IMG/VR virus record: IMGVR_UViG_3300012988_000001
Span: 186,001 to 250,000 of that record
Direction: 5' to 3' (one strand)
DNA: 64,000 nucleotides
The notes beneath the pieces were generated by a model. It worked only from the letters and a program-made list of their open reading frames with translations. It was not told the DNA's origin and searched no databases. Every line of letters begins with the position of its first letter. The first letter of the stretch is position 1. A program made the translations under genes and the position numbers. Positions 54,966 to 64,000 of this stretch are shown here, in pieces.

Positions 54966-56365
54966 GTAATATCACGCTTACGGACAAGCAACAAGAAATT
55001 TTCGATGATTTTATTGACCGTGTTCATAACGCCGCAGGTCGGTCTGAATGTGTTTTAGTCGGTTATGCTGGTACTGGTAAAACAACACTAGTAGCAGAAA
55101 TTGTTGAGAATCTATGTAAAGGATGGAATATTGCAGTAACATCCCCAACACACAAAGCTAACTCAGTTATTCGTAACATGTTAGTTAAGAACGTTGGTCT
55201 AAGTAATGACGATGCACAGGTAAGTACTATTCACTCCTTCTTAGGATTGAAACTAGTATATGAAAAAAGCCGTCAAGTACTTAAACATGACCCACAATCT
55301 AAGAACAGCACCTCAATGGTTGATGTACTAATCGTTGATGAATGTTCTATGATTTCCGAAGAACTGTATCAGCACATTAAAGACCAGATGTTCCGGGTTA
55401 GACGTGCTATCATCTTCGTTGGTGATTCATGTCAGCTTCCACCAGTTGAAGCAGAAGGGACTATTGGTGAAGCCAAACTAAGTCCGACATTCAATGCTGA
55501 AATAAAGTACGAACTAACTGAAGTTCTACGTCAAGCATTGGATAATCCAATTATCAGTATTGCTACGGCTATCCGTGAGTGCATTGGTACAAAAGGTGAT
55601 CCACTATCAATACTTGATACAACATACGGCCTAGATACAATCATCCCAATTGATGATGAAGATGTATTCTTGGAAGTATACAAACAAATGATTTGTGAAA
55701 GTACTGGTCTAGAGCGGGACGAAGATGGTATTCTACGTGACTCTAAAGGCCAAGTACGTAGCTATCGTCAAGAGAGTGGTAAGATTTTTGATTTCGTTCA
55801 GGAGAATAAAATCCTAGCCTATACTAACTTCCGAGTTAACCTAGCTAATATCTACATGCGTAGTACTTTGTTTGATGATCCCAATGAATTAGTTAAAGGT
55901 GAACCAATTGTATTCGATACAGTAACTGAAAACTGTCCTTATATGAATCAGGAAATCATCAAATGTCCAGAAGTTCGCAAAGACCAATTTATGGGAATTG
56001 ATTGTTGGCAACTACGTTTACCTAACGGTAACTTCCTATATGCAGTCGGGCCTGAGTCTCGTATTGCAATGGAAACTAAGTTGGATGAACTAGTTAAAAA
56101 GATTGAACGCAAAGATTACAGTGAAGAATTCAAGCGTGTGTATACATGGCAAGATTATTATATCATCAAGAATAAAATCAATGTCATCAATTATCCATAC
56201 GCGACAACTGTACACAAATCGCAAGGTAGTACTTTTGATAAGATTTGGTTTGATACTGATTTCATTGAACGTATTCGCCTAAATGACACTAAATGTCGTA
56301 TCATCTATACTGCTATCACACGTCCACGTGAGTATGTTATGTTCCGTAAAAACGGAATGTTCTAA
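54962..56365 (+). CDS. dda: Dda-like SF1B helicase
   Basis: GYAGTGKTT, VDECSM, GDSCQLPPV, YATTVHKSQGST. Confidence 0.93.
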
Positions 56366-56372
56366 AATAGTA

Positions 56373-56380
56373 GATAAATA
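56373..56380 (+). promoter_or_regulatory. T4-like late promoter
   Basis: GATAAATA. Confidence 0.6.
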
Positions 56381-56410
56381 AGAAAAAGTGTTCTTTATGG
56401 AGAAAATAAC

Positions 56411-56953
56411 ATGAACAATTTATTCAAATCATTTAAAATCACAGTTCCCGGACAAAATCTCGATGACAAACGTTTTTTTGAGTATTCAGATTTTGATTCA
56501 GAGGACATGTCAAGTCCAACCGATGCACAAGTATTGCAAAAAGCAATTGCATATACTCGTATGCAACAAATCAAACGTAAGCTATCAGAACTAACTGTAC
56601 CTATCTATTGCACTGTTGCGTTCACAACTGAAGGTGATGCTGCAACTATTCCAACAGAAGCAATCATTACTGTTGGTTATATTAGCTATGAACCATTTGT
56701 TAGTATTGCTGATCCAATTCCAACTTCAGAAGAAGATCAAATTACTGCTGCGGAAGGTGAGATTAAAAAAATCATCGATGCTGCATTGGCTTCAGAGCTA
56801 ACACAAGAGATGGCAGTAGTACAACGCATTGTAAATCGTACAATCACACCACTTCTAGCAACAACTGAAGATTTACGTGATGTGTACATGGATTACATTG
56901 ATGTACCAGCACTTTCTGGTGTTACAAGTACTGTAGCATTTATTACACTATAA
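56411..56953 (+). CDS. probable virion structural protein
   Basis: Late promoter, GGAG SD, 180 aa. Confidence 0.5.
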   Translation: MNNLFKSFKITVPGQNLDDKRFFEYSDFDSEDMSSPTDAQVLQKAIAYTRMQQIKRKLSELTVPIYCTVAFTTEGDAATIPTEAIITVGYISYEPFVSIADPIPTSEEDQITAAEGEIKKIIDAALASELTQEMAVVQRIVNRTITPLLATTEDLRDVYMDYIDVPALSGVTSTVAFITL

Positions 56954-56963
56954 TTTTTTATAC

Positions 56964-57173
56964 ATGGAGTCACTTGACATGGAACACAAACCGTTTTATG
57001 ATCGTATGCATGAAAGCGAAGATGCTTTCAACAAAGTAATTTTTGAACTTGAGCAGATGATTGCTCAAGCCCCAAATGCTCGTACCCGCTCACAGGCAGA
57101 GCTAGCTAAAAATCAGCTAATTCAGGTACAAGAAATCGCCAAGGCATTTCGCAAGCATTTTGAACAACAATAA
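56964..57173 (+). CDS. hypothetical helical-hairpin protein
   Basis: 69 aa; start could be 56979. Confidence 0.55.
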   Translation: MESLDMEHKPFYDRMHESEDAFNKVIFELEQMIAQAPNARTRSQAELAKNQLIQVQEIAKAFRKHFEQQ

Positions 57174-57179
57174 GAAAAT

Positions 57180-57213
57180 GGGGGTTGACACAACCCCTTT
57201 TTCATTCTACAAT
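57180..57213 (+). promoter_or_regulatory. terminator hairpin containing a sigma70 promoter
   Basis: GGGGTTG-aca-CAACCCC-TTTTT; TTGACA 57185-17nt-TACAAT 57208. Confidence 0.8.
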
Positions 57214-57248
57214 GACCACAACTTAACAATGACTGGAGTCAAACATAC

Positions 57249-57755
57249 ATGAAAGAAATTATTGCCAATACCGAAATCAAAGCTAAATCCGTCCGTCTAG
57301 TAACTGACGCAGGTAGCAATGTCGTGGCAATCAGCGAAGCTCAAAACCGTGCTAACGCTAAAGGACTTGACCTCGTTCAAGTCAACGCTGGTGATGTACC
57401 AGTGGTAAAAATCATGGACTTGAACAAATACAAGTTCGAAATGAAACAAGCAGAGAAAGAAGCACAGCGTAAGCAACGCCAAAATGTAGTTAAAGTGAAA
57501 GAGGTTCAATTCTCATTCAAGACTCAAGAAAATGATCTAAGTGTAAAAGCTAAGAATGCATCTAAATTCCTTTCTGAAGGTAATCAAGTGCGTGTGGTCA
57601 TGGCGATTGAAGGTCGTGTAGTTGGTAATCCAGTACTTCTAGATAAGAATACTGCTTGCCTAAAATCTTTCGTTGACCGTTTCGGTGAAATCGACTTTGT
57701 ACAGAAAATTGAAGTACAAGGTAAAAAGGCCACCTGCGTTATCAAAGCAAAATAA
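57249..57755 (+). CDS. infC: translation initiation factor IF3
   Basis: N.EI....VRL, GLDLVQV...PVVKIMD..KYKFE, VKEVQF, D..VK. Confidence 0.95.
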   Translation: MKEIIANTEIKAKSVRLVTDAGSNVVAISEAQNRANAKGLDLVQVNAGDVPVVKIMDLNKYKFEMKQAEKEAQRKQRQNVVKVKEVQFSFKTQENDLSVKAKNASKFLSEGNQVRVVMAIEGRVVGNPVLLDKNTACLKSFVDRFGEIDFVQKIEVQGKKATCVIKAK

Positions 57756-57764
57756 GGAATAGAT

Positions 57765-58316
57765 ATGAAACAACTTGAAGTACAAGAAGTATTCTCACTA
57801 GATTCTTACAGCGTTATTGCAGCTTCCTACGGTGATAGTAATTACTACATCGCTGGTAAGCATGATATTACTGACTATGTGAAAGATGCTGCTGAATCCC
57901 TAGACACCAAGACTGTAAACAAACAAGTGCTACAGCTTGCTTTTGATTTGTTCAAACGTTTACATCCAAACAAAGTAGTACTAACTGTTCCACAGTTTGA
58001 TTTAGTACTACTTGATGACCCAACAACATCAGCGGAATATGTTCTAGAAATGTGTATGGATCTATTCCATTTCAATGAACGTCAGGCTATTGCGGTTGTT
58101 GAAGGTCTAAATGGTCCAGATCATTCATTCTGTGTAGGAACTTTTTCTGAAGAAATGTGTATTACATACGGGGCAATGTTTGATAATGGAAACGTTCAAC
58201 TAAAACAAAACTTGGGTTACGATTGGGTTCCAAGTTCAAATAAACCAAATAGCTATGAAGCAGCAATGCAAACGCTAGAAAACCTAATCCGTCGCGATTA
58301 CCCTAGCGATATCTAA
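57765..58316 (+). CDS. ClpS-like adaptor domain protein
   Basis: LVLLDDPTTSAEYVLEMCMDLF...CVGTFSEE aligns to ClpS core. Confidence 0.7.
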   Translation: MKQLEVQEVFSLDSYSVIAASYGDSNYYIAGKHDITDYVKDAAESLDTKTVNKQVLQLAFDLFKRLHPNKVVLTVPQFDLVLLDDPTTSAEYVLEMCMDLFHFNERQAIAVVEGLNGPDHSFCVGTFSEEMCITYGAMFDNGNVQLKQNLGYDWVPSSNKPNSYEAAMQTLENLIRRDYPSDI

Positions 58317-58322
58317 TACAAC

Positions 58323-60482
<2,160 letters not shown>

Positions 60483-60483
<1 letters not shown>

Positions 60484-63197
60484 TGCCTAGTAAAAGTAAA
60501 GCACAAGCTAGGTTCTTTGCAGCGGCAGCACACAACCCAGACTTTGCTAAGAAAGCTGGTGTTAGTACTAAAGCTGCTAAAGAATGGAACCAAGCAGACA
60601 AGAAAGCAGGAACTCTTAAAAAGGGTTCTAAGAAACCTGAACATGTGAAAGAAGAAGTTCTTGATGAAGAACTATTAGATGAAGCTAGTGGGGTTGGTAA
60701 TTTCCCAGTACCGCCAAGTTCTCTTAAGCTAATGCAAAAATATGCATCTTCAATTGTGTTGACATATGCTTATAAATCATTTCAACAGATGCAACAGAAT
60801 ACAGATGATGAAGTAGATCAATTGGCTGCGAAAAAGGTTCTTCCGTTTCTAAAACGTTTCCAACAGAAATACGGTGCTCAAGTACTAAACGATAATAGTA
60901 TGCGTAAGTATGTGAACCAAAGTATTAGTATGCCAATCGACCATGCAGCTATTTTCCGGGAACTACCAAAATCACTACAGAATGACATGGTTAAAGTTCT
61001 AATTGAAAAGATGCGTGTATTCGTAACATTCGACGCAAAATATTATAACAGCCGTGCTGGTGGTCATGCTAAGAAGATTAACAACACTACTAGTGAAATT
61101 GTTCTTGCTCTACGTCCTCAGTACTTCACATTTTCTTCAACATCCGGTACTGATGGCCTCGATGCAACAATGGAACGTATGGATTATTTCATGGGTTCTC
61201 TCGAACACGAAATGCAACACGCATTCCAAGAAATTGTCACTTCTCAAGTTAGTTCTCGTAAAGATAAGAATATTGAGATGAAGAAAGACTACGGGGATAT
61301 GGGTGATGCTTATCACGCAAGTGGGGTTGAATTTGGTCCTCAGACAAAAGACATGATTAACGCTGGTATTTTGTGGTTAGATAACCAGAAAGACCGTGGA
61401 GAATTAAGTGGTAATGCCAACAGTGATATTAAAGCTGCTATCCAACATGCATTCAAACGTTTAGAACATGGTCAAGGTAAAGTATATCAGGCTCTTAAGA
61501 ATTACAAAGAAGATGCTAATGCTAAAAAGCACATGACTCTAATCTTTAAAGGTCTTATGAAGCACTACCAAGAAATGGAAAATGAAGTTGATTCTGAGTT
61601 GGATTTAGATCCAAAAGAAGTTGACGGTGGTGAATCCCGTCTGTATCATTCCACTTCTAATGGTCCTGATGCAGATTACGAAAGTGATGATCCGATGGTT
61701 CAGATTTATCGTGCTATGGAATCCAAGAACGGTCTTAAACCATATCACGTAGAAGAAGAACGCGAACATGGTGCACCCCGTGATGATTTTGCTAACCCAT
61801 ATAACAAAATGGCATCAATGGTGTATGCATTGCGTGATGGTGGATCAGTTCGTTTCATGAAGTACAGAGGTAATATTCGAGTTGACGCGTATCGTGATGG
61901 TAAAAGTCCTTCACGTGAAGAAGGTGATTGGTTCGAAGAAGAAATAACACAAGAACTACTACCCCAAGCATTGGAAAATATGACTTCGTTCCGTTCATAT
62001 AATACAATTGAGTACTTCTTCGAAGATATTAAGCATAAAGCTAGCCAAATGGACCTAGAAGATATGGCAACTGCTTTCCCCAAATGGTTTGAAGCTGCTA
62101 AAGAGTTCTCTGGTGTTGACGACCCAAATAAGAAACTATCTTATGATTTTGATGAAGGTACTTTATTCTTTAGATTTGCTGGTGCTCGTGGTTCATGGTA
62201 TATCCAAGATGCACATGATGGTAAATGTGTACTAGAAGATAACGAAACTTATGAACGTAAGGGTTATATCAAATATGACGAAGTAGAAGATGTAATGACA
62301 TTGTTATTCGCCATCTATCAAATGGCTACCGACCGTCAAATCAATCGTGTAATGAAAAATATCAACGAATTGAATATTACTGTTGACTCGTTATCAAATA
62401 CATGGGAATATGTACAAGAATCATCTAAAGCACCAGTTGAAGAATCTTCAATGCGTGGTATGATGGATTTAGTACAAGATGCTGAAATTGCAGATGGTAT
62501 AGATCAAGCAAATAAAAGTACTGATGTTGCTAGAATGGCACAGAAGAAAAAAGATGATAGAATGAATTCATTAAATCAGCTAGGTGAAGAAGAAGAGTTT
62601 GATTTACAGGGTAAGCCTGTTAAACCCGGACAAAAATCAGCAGATGTACATGCTGGTACAAGTACTGAACGTGAGGTTAAACTAGACGAAATGCCAATGC
62701 GATTTGATTCATTCCAAGGCCAAAATGCTGATGAGTTCGTTGACAAAACAGCAGAAATGACAGGTAAAGCAAATCTAGTTCCATTCTCTGAACACGATAC
62801 TTTCACTGTAATGCGTAACAAGAGTTACACTGGTTTTATCGCATTTGATAAACAAGGTAAACAAATTGCAGTTGTAAGTGGTCACCTTTCGGATGATGCA
62901 GTACTTGGTGTTAAGAACGTATTTGAAATTGCGGCGACGGCATCTAAATCAACAGTGAAAGGTGTTATGTATCAAATCTTCATGGATATGACTAAAGCTG
63001 GGATTTCAATACTAAGTGATAAATTACATACAGATAGTGCTATAAAATTCTGGACTCGTCTAATCGGTTCGAATGAAGTATATATCGTAGGTGGTGGTGA
63101 AGTTCTTGCAAAAGCTACACCAGAGAAAATCCACAAATACTGGAGCGATGATGAAAACAGCCCAAGTGCTGAACTTCAACTGCTTCTCGTGGGCTAA
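60483..63197 (+). CDS. multidomain (polyvalent) protein: HExxH domain plus C-terminal GNAT-like domain
   Basis: HEMQH plus YH.SGVE; KGVMYQIF...ILSDKLHTDSAIKFW. Confidence 0.7.
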
Positions 63198-63216
63198 AAT
63201 TGAAAAGATAAATATT

Positions 63217-63253
63217 ATCGGAAGCATCCCTGTGATGTTTCCGATATTTTTTT
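63217..63253 (+). terminator. intrinsic terminator
   Basis: ATCGGAAGCATC / GATGTTTCCGAT then T7. Confidence 0.8.
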
Positions 63254-63282
63254 GAGACAAAGAAGCAAAAATGTGATATAAT
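63252..63282 (+). promoter_or_regulatory. phage TTGGGACA-class promoter
   Basis: TTGAGACA...TGTGATATAAT. Confidence 0.8.
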
Positions 63283-63320
63283 AATATGGCAAAGAAACAA
63301 AGAGACAAAGGACTGTAACA

Positions 63321-64000
63321 ATGACCAAACAAAAGAAATCCTCATCCGTGCTTTCTGAACATGACGTTCAGCGACTAAACGACTATCAACATGCTCGCAT
63401 CCGTACTGAAATGTACTTAGGTTCACGTTCTGTTCATGAACACCAAGTAGTTCTTTTCGGAGAAGAAGGTTACAATGTTCAGAATCTAGAATGGGTTCCA
63501 GCATTGATTACTGCATTCCGTGAGATCATTGATAACTCCCTTGATGAGTTTAAAAAAGCTGGAACGAAAGATCCAGTACTAAAGATTGATTACAACGAAG
63601 AAGATTTATCATTTAGTATTAGTGATAACGGTCGTGGTATTCCAATCGATTACGTACCAGAGTTTGATGTACACTTGTGTACTATGGTACTAACAGAGAC
63701 TAAGACAGGTCGTAACTTTGACGATTCAAAACGCGAAGGTACTATCGGTCAGAACGGTCTAGGTGGTTCCATTACAATGTGCGTTAGTTCTAAAGCAGAA
63801 CTAGAGATTCACCGTGCGGGTCGCCCGTACAAAACAGTAGCATCTAACGATGGCTATGATGGTATCTATAAGTTCACACAGAAGTTTAAAGAAGGCACAA
63901 TCCTTTTCCCTGAACTAGATATTCAAGAACCTAACATTCGTAAGGTTCAAGCGGATAAAACTGGAACTTCTATTAGCTTCACGCTAAGTCCTGAAGTATT
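63321..64000 (+). CDS. type II topoisomerase ATPase subunit (T4 gp39/GyrB-like), truncated by window end
   Basis: R.EMYLGS, EIIDNSLDE, DNGRGIP, GRNFDD, GQNGLG. Confidence 0.95.
   Translation, partial: MTKQKKSSSVLSEHDVQRLNDYQHARIRTEMYLGSRSVHEHQVVLFGEEGYNVQNLEWVPALITAFREIIDNSLDEFKKAGTKDPVLKIDYNEEDLSFSISDNGRGIPIDYVPEFDVHLCTMVLTETKTGRNFDDSKREGTIGQNGLGGSITMCVSSKAELEIHRAGRPYKTVASNDGYDGIYKFTQKFKEGTILFPELDIQEPNIRKVQADKTGTSISFTLSPEV

Noticed and set aside
63207-63253. Tiny late RNA from GATAAATA directly before a terminator
   Set aside because: Motif is short and the region AT-rich; the hairpin is explained as the terminator of the 904-aa gene.
63286-63318. 10-codon ORF MAKKQRDKGL before topo II
   Set aside because: ATG lies only 3 nt after the -10 box, probably upstream of the start site, and has no SD.

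Overview
64 kb of a lytic, AT-rich (about 35% GC by eye) T4-superfamily jumbo myophage. Gene content and order fit best with the RaK2/GAP32/PBECO4-type enterobacterial jumbo phages; this placement is inferred, not searched. The window holds a head module (portal, protease, scaffold, major capsid, terminase), baseplate/tape-measure and tail-fibre genes, and a T4-like replication/recombination set (gp46, Endo VII, PolB, clamp, SSB, UvsX/Y/W, primase, helicase, two RNases H, Dda, topo II start). It also has nucleotide-metabolism genes (NrdAB, DHFR, MazG-like), host-takeover genes (GroES, IF3, ClpS-like) and large HExxH/GNAT virion proteins. No tRNA, rRNA or CRISPR array was seen. Three promoter classes are visible: 12 copies of a TTGGGACA-N17-TATAAT type, T4-like late (T/G)ATAAATA, and two sigma70 consensus promoters. 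Best leads: (1) a ~450-nt ORF-less, extensively base-paired transcript with its own promoter and terminator (1868-2317); (2) a hidden -1 frameshift extending the gp26-like gene (slippery T TTT TTC at 2761-2755); (3) a protein carrying a permuted copy of the portal clip region, and an unannotated 55-aa ORF copying the mature capsid N-terminus; (4) a 208-aa minimal DnaE-like polymerase; (5) roughly 5-fold excess of AGTACT with near absence of CCWGG; (6) T4-style hairpin/promoter switches. All counts and alignments were done by eye.
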